A stretch of 57,362 bases of DNA from Campylobacteraceae bacterium (GCA_026986355.1 JALSOO010000030.1:1-57362); one strand, 5' to 3'. Positions 41,704 to 52,826 are shown, counted from the stretch's first letter. Made by a program: numbers and translations. Notes: generated by a model not told the origin, from the letters alone.

Positions 41704-42951
41704 TTAATCTCCTATGTATTGTTGAAATTCTTTATTTAAAGTCTTGTTGTCTCTAACTATCCATCGTTTAAAGGTAGAGTATGAAGATGCTTTGTTTAAA
41801 TCTTCTTTTATCTCATCTATTAGAACTCTTTTTAATTTAGTTTTACCATATTTATCTAATTTAATATCAAGTTTTAATAGCTCCTGTTCCTCTTCTATGG
41901 TTAAGGTATTACTCTTATCAAATTTATCAACTAAACTCTCATATTTTATAATCTCATTTTCTAAAATTTGTGAAAATTCACTATCGACCTCAAAATAGTT
42001 CTTTATAATATCATTGTAAGAGGCTTTAGAGAGTTTCTCTCCACTTAGTTGTTCTATTCTCTCTAAATCATATACAATACTATTTTCTATAGATTGTAGG
42101 ATAAAAGGGCTATGAGTGGTTACAATAAATTGTATATTTGGGAAAAAAGTTGTAAGTAGGGATAATATATTTTTTTGTAACTCTACATGAAGATGATTTT
42201 CTACTTCATCAATCAAGATGATACCTTCACAATCAAAGCTTTTGGATTTTGTAGTCTCTATTTTCAAAATAAGTTCTGTTACTATATCTATAATGGCAGA
42301 GTATCCAGCAGACAAGCCATTAAAATCAAAAGGTTCACGATTTTTTTTATATATAATAAAGTTGTACTCTTTTCTATCAAATTTTATCTCTAAATCTTTA
42401 TCTCCAAATATCTGTTTTAGAATTCCTTCAAACTTATTAAACCACTCATCTATCTTATTTACAACTTCTATATCATTATCATCTTTAGCAAATGAGCGTT
42501 CTGCTTTTAGATTGACAATATATTGTAAAAATTTTTGATTTAATTTATCTGTTTTTTCTTTTGGGAAGATAACTTTATTAATACCTTTTGGTTTATCTGT
42601 TCTATTTATTCGTGTTGCAGAGAAAAAAGCATAGATAAAATCTAACTCTTCTACTTTAGCATAAAAATTTTTTTTATTAAAAATAGGATAACAACTTTTA
42701 TATTTATTAACATATCTAATTAATGATTTTGGAATATCCTTTTTATCTTTATTTTCATAAAAAATTTCAATATCGTGATATTCCTTTAATAAATTAGTAA
42801 AAATAAAATTTAAAGCTTCTAAAACTGAAGTTTTACCACTTCCATTTTTACCAGTTAAAATCAAATGTTTTTTCTCATTACCTAGTTTAATATTTATATT
42901 TTCTAAATGTCTAATTTTAGTTATTTTAAGTTCTTTAATAAAATTACTCAT
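41704..42951 (-). CDS. ABC/AAA_15-type ATPase (PtuA-like defence ATPase), apparently with HNH-partner-like C-terminal tail
   Basis: GKNGSGKT, LSAGY, ILIDEVENHLH and VTTHSP; very AT-rich; inserted between prmC and the DUF4149 gene. Confidence 0.8.
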   Translation of the reverse strand: MSNFIKELKITKIRHLENINIKLGNEKKHLILTGKNGSGKTSVLEALNFIFTNLLKEYHDIEIFYENKDKKDIPKSLIRYVNKYKSCYPIFNKKNFYAKVEELDFIYAFFSATRINRTDKPKGINKVIFPKEKTDKLNQKFLQYIVNLKAERSFAKDDNDIEVVNKIDEWFNKFEGILKQIFGDKDLEIKFDRKEYNFIIYKKNREPFDFNGLSAGYSAIIDIVTELILKIETTKSKSFDCEGIILIDEVENHLHVELQKNILSLLTTFFPNIQFIVTTHSPFILQSIENSIVYDLERIEQLSGEKLSKASYNDIIKNYFEVDSEFSQILENEIIKYESLVDKFDKSNTLTIEEEQELLKLDIKLDKYGKTKLKRVLIDEIKEDLNKASSYSTFKRWIVRDNKTLNKEFQQYIGD

Positions 42952-43787
42952 AGTTTTTCCTCTTTTTCAAACTCAATCAAAAACCCTCTATCAAACCTAG
43001 CTAAGTCTTTATAAAATTTATAATATTTTACCCCAATATCATTAAAAAACTTCTCCATTGCCTCTTTTTGGTTATATCCCATCTCACAAGCTAAATATTT
43101 TATATTTTCGGCTTTGACATCTAAAACTATCTGTTTTAACAGTTCATCTCCAACTTCTCCACCAAAGAGTGCTTCTTTTGGTTCGTATTCTTTTACATTT
43201 TTTTCGAGTTTAAAGTCATTGGCAATATAAGGTGGGTTAGATACCACAAGTTCAACCGACTCACTAACCTCATCTAAAATATTGCTTTTTATAACTTCTA
43301 CTCTATCTTCTAAGCCATATCTTTTAATATTTTCTCTAGCTACCTCTATGGGAATATCGCAAATATCAGTAGCTACTATCTTTAGATTTGGGAATTTTCT
43401 AGCTAAAATTATAGATATAGCTCCACTTCCTACACCAATTTCAGCAATAGAGGTTAAGTTTTCTCTTTTGATAATATCAGCTACTAAATCTATAAGTATC
43501 TCTGTTTCAGGTCGTGGGATTAAAACTCCCTCTTTTACGGCTAAATCAATATCATAAAAACTTGCACTACCTACTATATACTCATAGGGTTCATGGTTAG
43601 CTCTCCTCTCTATTAGAGATTTAAACTCTTCTATATTATCAATTTTATCATCATCAAAAGCGTGTAGATAGGTTCTATCTTTGCTTAGATGATAAGAGAG
43701 TAGAAGTTCTGATTCAAATAGAGGGCGTTCACAGCTATCTTGTAATCTCTGCTTAGCCCAAATTAAACTACTTTTTATTGTTGTCAT
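42948..43787 (-). CDS. prmC: Release factor glutamine methyltransferase
   Basis: VLIPRPETE, EIGVGSG and SNPPY. Confidence 0.96.
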   Translation of the reverse strand: MTTIKSSLIWAKQRLQDSCERPLFESELLLSYHLSKDRTYLHAFDDDKIDNIEEFKSLIERRANHEPYEYIVGSASFYDIDLAVKEGVLIPRPETEILIDLVADIIKRENLTSIAEIGVGSGAISIILARKFPNLKIVATDICDIPIEVARENIKRYGLEDRVEVIKSNILDEVSESVELVVSNPPYIANDFKLEKNVKEYEPKEALFGGEVGDELLKQIVLDVKAENIKYLACEMGYNQKEAMEKFFNDIGVKYYKFYKDLARFDRGFLIEFEKEEKL

Positions 43788-45042
43788 TTATAAACGTAAA
43801 AATCCCATCATTTGGTAGCTCTTTTGCCATCTCATTAACAGCTGGAGTATCATATCCTAACTCTTTTAACCGTTCTATTACGGGTGGGTGTGTGTAGTAG
43901 AAAAAGGCAAATAGTGGGTGTGATTTTGGAAAGGATTTATTCTCTTCTATTAGCTTGATTAGAGCAGATACCAAGTTCTCTTTTCCACCTAGATTGCTAC
44001 CAAACTCATCAGCTCTATACTCATTATGACGGCTTATAAAGCTCATAATTGGTGTAAAGATAAATGATATAAGAGGTAATAGTAGTATCATCATTGCTAT
44101 CTCTACACCTGCATTTGGCTCTACCCTCATCTCAAAAAATAGTGACTCTGGTAGGTTTCCTAATAGAAAAAATAGACTAAATAGGAGAATTCCCATCATA
44201 CCTATATTTTTCCAAATATCTCCATGGCTAAAGTGTCCTAGCTCATGTCCTAATACTGCTAGAAGCTCTCTATTGGTAAGTTTCTCAATTAAGGTATCAA
44301 ATAGAACGACACGTTTGGATTTACCTAGACCACCAAAATAGGCATTTAGACGGCTATCACGTTTTGATGCGTCCAATATAAAGACACCATCACTCTTTAA
44401 TCCTACACCATTCATCATCTTCTCAATAGAGTCTCTTAACTCTCCCTCCTCTAAAGGGGTAAATTTATTAAAGATAGGAGCAATAATAGTAGGATAGATA
44501 ACATTAACTAAAATAGCAATAGAAAATAGAAGAGCAAAGCCCCATATCCACCAACTTCCAACATTTATAATAATCCAACTAAGTAGATAAAATATTACTC
44601 CACCAAAAACGATAAACATACCAATAGATTTTAACTGGTCTATAATATATAGTTTTGCTGTTGTTTGTGTAAATCCATACTCTTTGTCTATCTTGAATGT
44701 TTGATAGAGTTCAAACGGTAGTCCTACTAGATATCCAATAGCAAAAAAACTAAATAGAAAAACAATAGCACTTGTTACACTATTATCTATTGAAAGTGCA
44801 TTAGTTAACCAATTAAATCCATTGGTAACCCACCAAACAAACATAACATAATCAACCAAACTGCTTACAATATCTAATCGCTGTTTTTTAATAGCATACT
44901 CACCTGCATTAAGATATTTATCTTGACTCATAAGCACTGCATCTTTGGCTTTCTCTTCACTGATATAACCAATCTGCATTACAGATATATAGATTTTTAA
45001 AAGGGTATAAATGGTAAATAGTACCATTGTTGTCTCTAACAT
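43768..45042 (-). CDS. M48 (Ste24-like) membrane zinc metallopeptidase
   Basis: NAYFGG, HELGH, EYRAD and THPP; ATG at 45042 with AAGG RBS. Confidence 0.92.
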   Translation of the reverse strand: MLETTMVLFTIYTLLKIYISVMQIGYISEEKAKDAVLMSQDKYLNAGEYAIKKQRLDIVSSLVDYVMFVWWVTNGFNWLTNALSIDNSVTSAIVFLFSFFAIGYLVGLPFELYQTFKIDKEYGFTQTTAKLYIIDQLKSIGMFIVFGGVIFYLLSWIIINVGSWWIWGFALLFSIAILVNVIYPTIIAPIFNKFTPLEEGELRDSIEKMMNGVGLKSDGVFILDASKRDSRLNAYFGGLGKSKRVVLFDTLIEKLTNRELLAVLGHELGHFSHGDIWKNIGMMGILLFSLFFLLGNLPESLFFEMRVEPNAGVEIAMMILLLPLISFIFTPIMSFISRHNEYRADEFGSNLGGKENLVSALIKLIEENKSFPKSHPLFAFFYYTHPPVIERLKELGYDTPAVNEMAKELPNDGIFTFINDNNKK

Positions 45043-45118
45043 AGTTAACCTTATAGATATAATTTGATAGGAGAATATAACCAACCAATACTTAAAAAGT
45101 GTTGGCTAATCAAAAATA

Positions 45119-46033
45119 TTAATTTGTTTTTTCTGATTTATTTGCTTTAATATAGATAGATAATCCAACCATTAGTGCTGTAACCCCACCAATTAGATAG
45201 ACGGCATAGATAAGTTTACTGGGGTCTGTTAATGCAAACTTGAAGACTAACATCAATGATTCGATTGAGAGTGCGATAATAATCGAACCTAAAAATCGTA
45301 TCATTGTTTGGTGTCCATCTCCTGCTCCATCTTTTTTCTCTTTTCCTAGAACTTCTTCTTCAAAAATTGCTTTGACCAAGTCAAATATAGCCAATGATAG
45401 AGTCAATAGAATGGTTGACTTAAACATCTCATTAATATCTATACTATTTAGATGTACACCTAGAGATAGAAAGCTACCTACCCCTTTTATAAAGAGAAGA
45501 AGAGAGACCATCACTAAAGCTAAAGAGAATCCTGCATAGACAAATTTAGAGTATGTTCCAAAGCTAGAGTCTATTGAGCTTGGAGATATCATATTTAAAA
45601 TATCTTTTAATTGAATATCTACACAAAATATAAAGAGTAGATTATCTTCTTCATCATAGATAGGGAATGATGCTGTTACCACCATTGTATTTGTTCCCAA
45701 TGATGGATAGGGGTCAGTTAGGACACAACGATGCTCTTTTATTGTTTTGTAGTAGTAGGCTCTATCGCTTCTATCTGTTCCAATCTCATGCTCTTTTCCT
45801 ACTTTTCCTTTTTGAGAGAACATATGCCCTATCTGTTGACCTTGGCTATTGAGTGCATATACTAAATCTAGTTTAGGTATATTATCACGTAAAACCTCTA
45901 ATTGATGCTCCACAAACTCTTGTGTTGTTATATCTTCTCTTAATGTAGATATATTTCTACTCATAATATAGCACAGATAGGCTCTTGCTTTTGTTCGTAT
46001 TGATGCGTACTCTTTTATCTCTTTGATAACCAT
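45119..46033 (-). CDS. Cache/PDC-like domain plus 4-TM (PsiE-like) protein; PglG-like
   Basis: DRSDRAYY and LTDPYPS Cache motifs; C-terminal TM bundle (RFLGSIIIALSIESLMLVFK). Confidence 0.65.
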   Translation of the reverse strand: MVIKEIKEYASIRTKARAYLCYIMSRNISTLREDITTQEFVEHQLEVLRDNIPKLDLVYALNSQGQQIGHMFSQKGKVGKEHEIGTDRSDRAYYYKTIKEHRCVLTDPYPSLGTNTMVVTASFPIYDEEDNLLFIFCVDIQLKDILNMISPSSIDSSFGTYSKFVYAGFSLALVMVSLLLFIKGVGSFLSLGVHLNSIDINEMFKSTILLTLSLAIFDLVKAIFEEEVLGKEKKDGAGDGHQTMIRFLGSIIIALSIESLMLVFKFALTDPSKLIYAVYLIGGVTALMVGLSIYIKANKSEKTN

Positions 46034-46092
46034 ATTAAATTCCTATTTTTTTAAATGTTTTATTGAAAGTATGAGGGGGATATATTGGATTA

Positions 46093-46117
46093 CCTAGATA
46101 CTATATAGAGATCTAGG
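46093..46117. terminator. Hairpin just downstream of pckA stop
   Basis: CCTAGAT-actatatagag-ATCTAGG; the T-run is on the plus strand only. Confidence 0.4.
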
Positions 46118-46129
46118 ATTTTTTTAACA

Positions 46130-47710
46130 TTAAAGTTTTGGTCCAGCAGTTGAGAAGTCAAACTCTGAACCATTATCGTTATAACGGTCAAAATTTTTAA
46201 TAAACTCTCCAGCAAGATTTTTAAGCGTTTCATTCATTTTTGATTCATCTTCCCATGTGGATTTGGGATTTAGTATCGAATTGTCTGCAATTCCTTCTAG
46301 TGTTTTTGGAAAATGTAAATCAAATATAGGAAGAACATCAAACTCTGTATCGTTAATTGAACCATTAAGAATTCCATTGATACAAGCTCGTGTATCTTTG
46401 ATACTCATTCTCTTTCCTGCACCATTTAGACCAGTATTTACTAGATAGACATTTACATTATGTTTATCAATCTTTTCACCTAATAATTTGGCATAAACTG
46501 TTGGGTGTAGAGGTAGAAATGCCTCTCCAAAACATGCAGAAAATGTTGTTACTGGTTCTGTAATCCCTCTCTCTGTTCCTGCTACTTTTGCTGTGTATCC
46601 ACTTAGGAAGTAGTACATTGCTTGTTCTTTTGTAAGCTTAGATACGGGAGGCAATACACCAAACGCATCATATGATAAAAATACAATATTTTTTGGGTGT
46701 CCTGCTTGTAAATCTTCTTTATGATTTACGATATGCTCTATAGGATATGATACACGTGTATTTTGTGTTTTTGATACATCATCATAATCTACATTTCCCA
46801 CTTCATCATAAACAACATTCTCTAAAAGAGCATCTTTTTTAATAGCTCCAAAAATCTCTGGTTCTGATTTTTCATCAAGATTAATGACTTTTGCATAACA
46901 ACCACCCTCAAAGTTAAAGACACCATTATCGTCCCAACCATGCTCATCATCTCCAATCAATGCTCTATGTGGGTCAGTTGAAAGTGTGGTTTTACCTGTT
47001 CCAGATAGTCCAAAAAAGAGTGCTACATCTCCCTCTTCTCCTACATTTGCAGAGCAGTGCATGGAGAGTTTTCCCTCTAATGGTAACCAGTAGTTCATCA
47101 TAGAGAAGATACCCTTTTTCATCTCTCCACCATACCATGTTCCACCAATGATAGAGATATTAGCCTCTACATCAAAACATACATAAACATCTGAATTTAA
47201 ATCCATTGCTTTATAATCTTCATTTACTGTTTTACAGGCATTATAGACAACAAAATCAGGTTCAAAATTTTCCAACTCCTCTTCTGTAGGGCGAATAAAC
47301 ATATTTTTAACAAAATGAGCTTGCCATGCCACTTGTGAGATAAATCTAACAGAACGTCTACTTGCAGTACTCGCACCTGCATAGACATCCATAATATAAA
47401 CATCTGAATTAGAGAGTTGATTTTTTGTTAACTCAAAAAGAGTATTAAACTTCTCTTTGTCAATTTTTTTATTAACCTTGCCCCAAGAGATGTATTTATT
47501 TGATGGTTCTTGGTCAACAAAATACTTGTCTTTAGGGCTTCTACCTGTAAAGATACCTGTATCACACATTGCTGTTCCAGTAGATGAGATTTTACACTCA
47601 TTTTTATTTACTTCATGTGCTTGAAGTTCATCATAACTTAGATTATAGTAAACGTTTCCAATATTTTCTAATCCCAGTTTATCCAGACCATTTGGTGTAC
47701 GGCTGTTCAT
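46130..47710 (-). CDS. pckA: Phosphoenolpyruvate carboxykinase (ATP)
   Basis: [34 protein letters not shown] and NTRVSYP. Confidence 0.98.
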   Translation of the reverse strand: MNSRTPNGLDKLGLENIGNVYYNLSYDELQAHEVNKNECKISSTGTAMCDTGIFTGRSPKDKYFVDQEPSNKYISWGKVNKKIDKEKFNTLFELTKNQLSNSDVYIMDVYAGASTASRRSVRFISQVAWQAHFVKNMFIRPTEEELENFEPDFVVYNACKTVNEDYKAMDLNSDVYVCFDVEANISIIGGTWYGGEMKKGIFSMMNYWLPLEGKLSMHCSANVGEEGDVALFFGLSGTGKTTLSTDPHRALIGDDEHGWDDNGVFNFEGGCYAKVINLDEKSEPEIFGAIKKDALLENVVYDEVGNVDYDDVSKTQNTRVSYPIEHIVNHKEDLQAGHPKNIVFLSYDAFGVLPPVSKLTKEQAMYYFLSGYTAKVAGTERGITEPVTTFSACFGEAFLPLHPTVYAKLLGEKIDKHNVNVYLVNTGLNGAGKRMSIKDTRACINGILNGSINDTEFDVLPIFDLHFPKTLEGIADNSILNPKSTWEDESKMNETLKNLAGEFIKNFDRYNDNGSEFDFSTAGPKL

Positions 47711-47942
47711 TTTGTGTACCTTTTTGTTTATATATGTTCTATTTTGCTATTATTAAATGTCTAATACTGCATAAACATCTATAGCAAATAAAAGGAGACA
47801 ACCTATATCTCATTTTATTTACCATAATAAATTCAATAATAGTATAATTCCTAAAAATTATACTATCGAATATATTTTAATAAACTTACTTATAAATTAT
47901 AATTAAAATAAGATTTTAAAAAGTTACCTTTTGTACTGCTCT

Positions 47943-49271
47943 CTATTTAAAAATAGAAAGCAATACACCAGCAGCAACAGCTGAACCAATAACACCTGCC
48001 ACATTTGGACCCATCGCATGCATAAGCAATACATTTCCAGGTTTCTCTTCTGCACCAACTTTAGATACAACCCTAGCTGACATAGGAACAGCAGAAACAC
48101 CTGCTGCTCCAATTAGTGGATTGATAGGCTCTTTAGAAAACTTGTTCATAAGTTTTGCCATAAGAACACCCATCGCAGTACCTGCTGAGAATGCTAAAAG
48201 ACCAATAATCATAATCCCTAAACTCTCTAGTACCAAGAACTTATCAGCAGCTAGTTTTGAACCAACACCAAGTCCCAAGAAGATAGTAACTGTGTTGATA
48301 AGTGAGTTTTGCATGGTATCACTCAATCTATCAACTACACCACTCTCTTTTGCAAAGTTACCAAATGCAAATGCACCAATAAGAGGGGTAGACTCTGGTA
48401 AAATCATAATAGACAACATAAGTACAACAATAGGGAAGAGTAACTTCTCTAATCTATGAACTCTTCGTTGTACACCCATTTTGATTTGTCTCTCCTCTTT
48501 TGTTGTTAAGGCTCTCATTATTGGAGGTTGAATAACAGGGACAAGTGCCATATATGAGTAGGCTGCAACTGCAATAGCCCCTAGCATATCAGGTGCTAGT
48601 CTATTGGCAATAAAGATAGAGGTTGGACCATCAGCCCCACCAATAATCGAAATAGCAGAAGCATCTTGGATATCAAATCCAAGTACAACAGCACCTACCA
48701 ATGAACCAAAGATACCAAATTGAGCAGCACCACCTAGTAATGCTGTTTTAGGATTGGCTAACAATGGAGCAAAATCGGTCATTGCTCCAACACCCATAAA
48801 GATTAGAAGTGGAAAGAACTCATTGGCGATACCCATATTGTAGATAACGCCAAGCATTCCCTCTGGTCCTGCCATATGTGCTAGAGGAATATTTGCTAAC
48901 AATCCACCAAAAGCGATAGGGATAAGAAGAAGTGGTTCAAACCCTTTTGCAATCGCCAAATAGAAGAGTAGAAATACAATTAAAATCATAATTATACGAC
49001 CAAATGATGACTCAAAAGCTCCTAGTTTATGCTCTTTTGACTCTCCTGCTGGGTCTGAACTCATCTCTCCATCATTGGTATCTACAATAGCTTTGATACC
49101 TGTTGTCTCCAAAAAACTTACACCCAATTCACTTAGTGATTTAGGGTGATACTCTTTGTGTGCCGTTGTTTGAGCCTCATTAGCTCCTTTATGTTCTTCA
49201 TCTGCTTGTATCATCGTGGTCAACGAGACCAAGATAAATAAGAGAGAGATTAATAGTTGTTTTAATCTCAT
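47943..49271 (-). CDS. oadB: Na+-translocating decarboxylase beta subunit
   Basis: [27 protein letters not shown] and [13 protein letters not shown]. Confidence 0.95.
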   Translation of the reverse strand: MRLKQLLISLLFILVSLTTMIQADEEHKGANEAQTTAHKEYHPKSLSELGVSFLETTGIKAIVDTNDGEMSSDPAGESKEHKLGAFESSFGRIIMILIVFLLFYLAIAKGFEPLLLIPIAFGGLLANIPLAHMAGPEGMLGVIYNMGIANEFFPLLIFMGVGAMTDFAPLLANPKTALLGGAAQFGIFGSLVGAVVLGFDIQDASAISIIGGADGPTSIFIANRLAPDMLGAIAVAAYSYMALVPVIQPPIMRALTTKEERQIKMGVQRRVHRLEKLLFPIVVLMLSIMILPESTPLIGAFAFGNFAKESGVVDRLSDTMQNSLINTVTIFLGLGVGSKLAADKFLVLESLGIMIIGLLAFSAGTAMGVLMAKLMNKFSKEPINPLIGAAGVSAVPMSARVVSKVGAEEKPGNVLLMHAMGPNVAGVIGSAVAAGVLLSIFK

Positions 49272-49274
49272 GGA

Positions 49275-51068
49275 TTACTCCATTGTTGCAAGAAGCTGTC
49301 CATCGACTACAGCGTCATTTGTATTAACATCAATAGATTTAATTACACCAGCTTTTTCAGCAACAATATCAATCTCCATCTTCATCGCTTCAAGAATCAT
49401 AATCTGTTCACCCTCATTTACAGAATCTCCTACTGATTTTAGAATCTTCCAAACATTACCTGGAGTTTGAGAGTTAATCTCAATTGAACCCTTGCCCCCT
49501 GCTACAGGTGCTGATGCCTTTTCTACTTTTGCAGGTGCTGATGTTGGTGCAACTGTAATCTCTGCATCCCCCTCTGCTACTTGAACACTATAACTCTTAC
49601 CATCTACTACTACTGTATAACTTCCACTCATCTCTTCTCCTCCACTTGATTGATTATTCTCTTTACCTTTTCTTACCATTAAAGGGGACTCTCCCTTTAA
49701 GAACGCAATACCTTTTTGGTCACATGACGCAGCAATAAAGATATTCTCTTCGGTTGTCTCTAACTCTTCATCTTCTAGTACTTTTTTCCAGTATGCCATA
49801 GATTTAGTAACCTCTTTATCGGCTAAATCTAATGGATTCTCTGTTGTTGGTTCTAGTTTGAGTTTTTCTGATGCCAATTTTACAATCTCTTCATCTGCTG
49901 GGACTGGTGTTTTCCCAAAGTAACCAAGAACCATACGACCATAACCTGGTGCAATCTGTTTCCATTTTCCAAACATAACATTAGCATAAGCTTGTTGCCA
50001 GTAGAATTGACTTACAGGAGTTACAGATGTACCATAACCACCACGCTCAACTACCTCTTTCATCTCTGCAATAACCTCATCAAATTTATCTAATGAGTCA
50101 TCATCTCTCATCATTTGCGTATTGGCTGTCAATGCACCACCTGGCATTGGAGAGAAAGGAATCAATGGAGATACTTGTGTAGCTTCTGGTGGGATAAGAT
50201 AGTCAGCTAGACACTCTTTGAGTCTCTCTTCATATTTAAGTACTTTGTTTAATTGTAAATCCCCAAGATTATACTCTGTACCTTTTGTTGCATGTAACAT
50301 TGTCAAAATATCTGGTTGACTTGTACCTCCACTTACAGGACTTGCAGCCATATCAATACCATTTGCACCAGCCTCTAATGCTGCTAAGTATGAAGCTACA
50401 GATACACCTGCTGTCTCATGAGTATGTAGTCGTAGATGTACATCTTCTCCAAGAAGGTTTCTAGCCATATCAATAGTCTCAAAGACTTTTCTAGGATTTG
50501 CTGTACCTGAAGCATCTTTGAAACATACTGAATCAAACTCAATACCAGAATCAAGAATATTTCGTAAAGTTTTTTCATAAAAGGCTACATCATGTGCACC
50601 TTTACACCCTGGTGGCAGATCCATCATAGTTACAACTACTTCATGATTAAGTCCATGACGTTTGATACACTCTGCTGAGTAGGCTAAGTTGTTTACATCA
50701 TTTAATGCATCAAAGTTTCTAATGGTTGTTGTTCCATGTTTTTTAAACATCTTTGCATGTAAATCAATAAGTTCTCTACTACCTGTATCAAGCATCACGG
50801 TATTGATACCACGAGATAGGGTTTGTAGGTTTGCTTCTGGACCTACTATCTCTCTAAATCTATCCATCATCTCAAAAGCATTCTCTTGTAGATAGAAGAA
50901 AAGACTCTGAAATCTAGCTCCACCACCAAACTCAAAATGGTTAATACCTGCATTTTTTGCAGCTTCTACTGCTGGAAAGAAATCTTCCATAAGAACACGA
51001 CCACCAAAAACAGATTGAAATCCATCTCTAAAGGTTGTATCCATTACATCAATATATTTTTTTGCCAT
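49275..51068 (-). CDS. oadA: Oxaloacetate decarboxylase alpha / pyruvate carboxylase B subunit (carboxyltransferase plus biotin carrier)
   Basis: FRDGFQS, KDASG, HTH, MPGG, VTPVSQ and EAMKM biotinylation motif; lies between oadG and oadB. Confidence 0.9.
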   Translation of the reverse strand: MAKKYIDVMDTTFRDGFQSVFGGRVLMEDFFPAVEAAKNAGINHFEFGGGARFQSLFFYLQENAFEMMDRFREIVGPEANLQTLSRGINTVMLDTGSRELIDLHAKMFKKHGTTTIRNFDALNDVNNLAYSAECIKRHGLNHEVVVTMMDLPPGCKGAHDVAFYEKTLRNILDSGIEFDSVCFKDASGTANPRKVFETIDMARNLLGEDVHLRLHTHETAGVSVASYLAALEAGANGIDMAASPVSGGTSQPDILTMLHATKGTEYNLGDLQLNKVLKYEERLKECLADYLIPPEATQVSPLIPFSPMPGGALTANTQMMRDDDSLDKFDEVIAEMKEVVERGGYGTSVTPVSQFYWQQAYANVMFGKWKQIAPGYGRMVLGYFGKTPVPADEEIVKLASEKLKLEPTTENPLDLADKEVTKSMAYWKKVLEDEELETTEENIFIAASCDQKGIAFLKGESPLMVRKGKENNQSSGGEEMSGSYTVVVDGKSYSVQVAEGDAEITVAPTSAPAKVEKASAPVAGGKGSIEINSQTPGNVWKILKSVGDSVNEGEQIMILEAMKMEIDIVAEKAGVIKSIDVNTNDAVVDGQLLATME

Positions 51069-51082
51069 CTTATACCTTCATT

Positions 51083-51328
51083 TTATGATTTATTTTTACG
51101 AAATTCTGTTACAGCAGCGATAATTGCAGCAACTCTGCGACTCTCGTCTTCTGTATCAACTGCTGGGGTAGCAGGTGTTTTAATTGGAGTATTTTCGGGA
51201 AAATACTTTGCGATAAGTTTAGCTTGAAGCTCTACGACTATTACAAGAATAAAGAGAAATAGAAACACAACTCCCATTCCTAATACCATGAACTTCAATG
51301 CTTCCATTACATAATTGACTTCAGCCAT
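51083..51328 (-). CDS. oadG: Decarboxylase gamma subunit
   Basis: GMGVVFLFL TM segment, Pro/Ala linker and VAAIIAAV. Confidence 0.9.
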   Translation of the reverse strand: MAEVNYVMEALKFMVLGMGVVFLFLFILVIVVELQAKLIAKYFPENTPIKTPATPAVDTEDESRRVAAIIAAVTEFRKNKS

Positions 51329-51391
51329 TCAAAAACCTTCTGTACTAAATTTATGTAATATTCTAACGATTTATAGTTAAAAAAGCTTAAT

Positions 51392-52780
51392 TTATCGTTT
51401 CTTTCCCTTTCTATTACTTTGCCGTGCTACTTTTTGTTCATTATGATAGCTCTCTATCATAGAGTTTACGGTATCTTGGTTATATCCTAGCTCTTTGATA
51501 TTACTACCTGTTTGTTGAAACAGAAGAGAGACTACACGCTCTACAAACTCATGATAATCCATATCTTCCATACTATCAATAAAATCTACAGCATTATCAG
51601 CAATCTTAATGTTACGAACATCATTAGCCAATAGAGTAAAATCTACCTCTACCTCATCAGGATTCAATTTTAATTGGAGTGTTTCTAATTTCATATTTGC
51701 TCCAACCTCTTTTTGAATACGTTGTAACTCTTTAAACTCTTCTGTGGAGACTAATGTAATTGCTTTACCTGCTTTTCCTGCACGACCTGTTCTACCTATT
51801 CTATGCACATAGGATTGTGGGTCAAAAGGGATATGAAAATTAAAAACATGTGTTACATTTTTAACATCAAGTCCCCTTGATGCTACATCAGTAGCTACCA
51901 TTATCTTAGTCTCTCCTCTACGATAGGCTTTTATAATAGATTCTCTATCATTTTGGTCTAAATCTCCATGTAGCCCAGCAGCATTAAATCCCATGGCTAT
52001 CAGATGTTCGGTTAATCTATCTACTTCTCTTTTCATACGACAAAATACAATGGATTTATTGGTATCTTCTGTATCCAATAGTTTTATTATGGCTTCATCT
52101 CTTTGAGACTCATCTATAACATAGTAGGATTGCTCTATTTCATTATTAGTGGTATTATTATCTACTCCTACTACTGAGATAAATTTAGGATTGGTCAAAA
52201 TCTCATTAGCCAAATCTTTAATAAGTTCAGGTATAGTTGCTGAAAATAGTAGTGTTTGTCTGTTTTGTGGAATGTATTCAAAAATCTCTTTAATCTCTTC
52301 TAAAAATCCCATATCAAGCATCTCATCTGCTTCATCTAGTACGACTATTTCAGGATTAAAAGAGTCTATTTTCCCTTTTTTATATAAATCTTTAAGTCGC
52401 CCAGGTGTAGCCACAACTATTTGAACACCTTTATTTATCAATGCTATTTGTCGTCCATATCCTACACCACCATAGACTGTAAGAGTTCGTATCCCACAAA
52501 AACGTCCTAAATGATAGAGTTCATCACTCACTTGAGTTGCCAATTCACGCGTAGGTGTAATGACTAAAGCACGTTCTATCTCTTTTTTGGCTATTTTATT
52601 CATCAATGGTAAACCAAATGCAGCTGTCTTGCCTGTCCCTGTATGGGCTTGACCTACTAAATCTTCTCCATTGGATATAATGGGAATTACAATCTCTTGA
52701 ATAGGGCTAGGTTCTCTAAACCCTGCTATTTTAATCCCCTTTAAGAGGTCTTTATGAAAATTAAATTCATTAAATGTCAA
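51392..52780 (-). CDS. DEAD-box RNA helicase (TTG start)
   Basis: Q motif, TGTGKT, PTRELA, DEAD, SAT and HRIGRTGRAG. Confidence 0.95.
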   Translation of the reverse strand: MTFNEFNFHKDLLKGIKIAGFREPSPIQEIVIPIISNGEDLVGQAHTGTGKTAAFGLPLMNKIAKKEIERALVITPTRELATQVSDELYHLGRFCGIRTLTVYGGVGYGRQIALINKGVQIVVATPGRLKDLYKKGKIDSFNPEIVVLDEADEMLDMGFLEEIKEIFEYIPQNRQTLLFSATIPELIKDLANEILTNPKFISVVGVDNNTTNNEIEQSYYVIDESQRDEAIIKLLDTEDTNKSIVFCRMKREVDRLTEHLIAMGFNAAGLHGDLDQNDRESIIKAYRRGETKIMVATDVASRGLDVKNVTHVFNFHIPFDPQSYVHRIGRTGRAGKAGKAITLVSTEEFKELQRIQKEVGANMKLETLQLKLNPDEVEVDFTLLANDVRNIKIADNAVDFIDSMEDMDYHEFVERVVSLLFQQTGSNIKELGYNQDTVNSMIESYHNEQKVARQSNRKGKKR

Positions 52781-52826
52781 AATTATCTACCTTGCAAAAT
52801 AGAGGAGTTATTATCAAAAATCACTC

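Noticed and set aside
41704-42951. Retron (Ec78-like) or complete Septu system
   Set aside because: No RT gene, no intergenic room for msr/msd and no intact HNH gene
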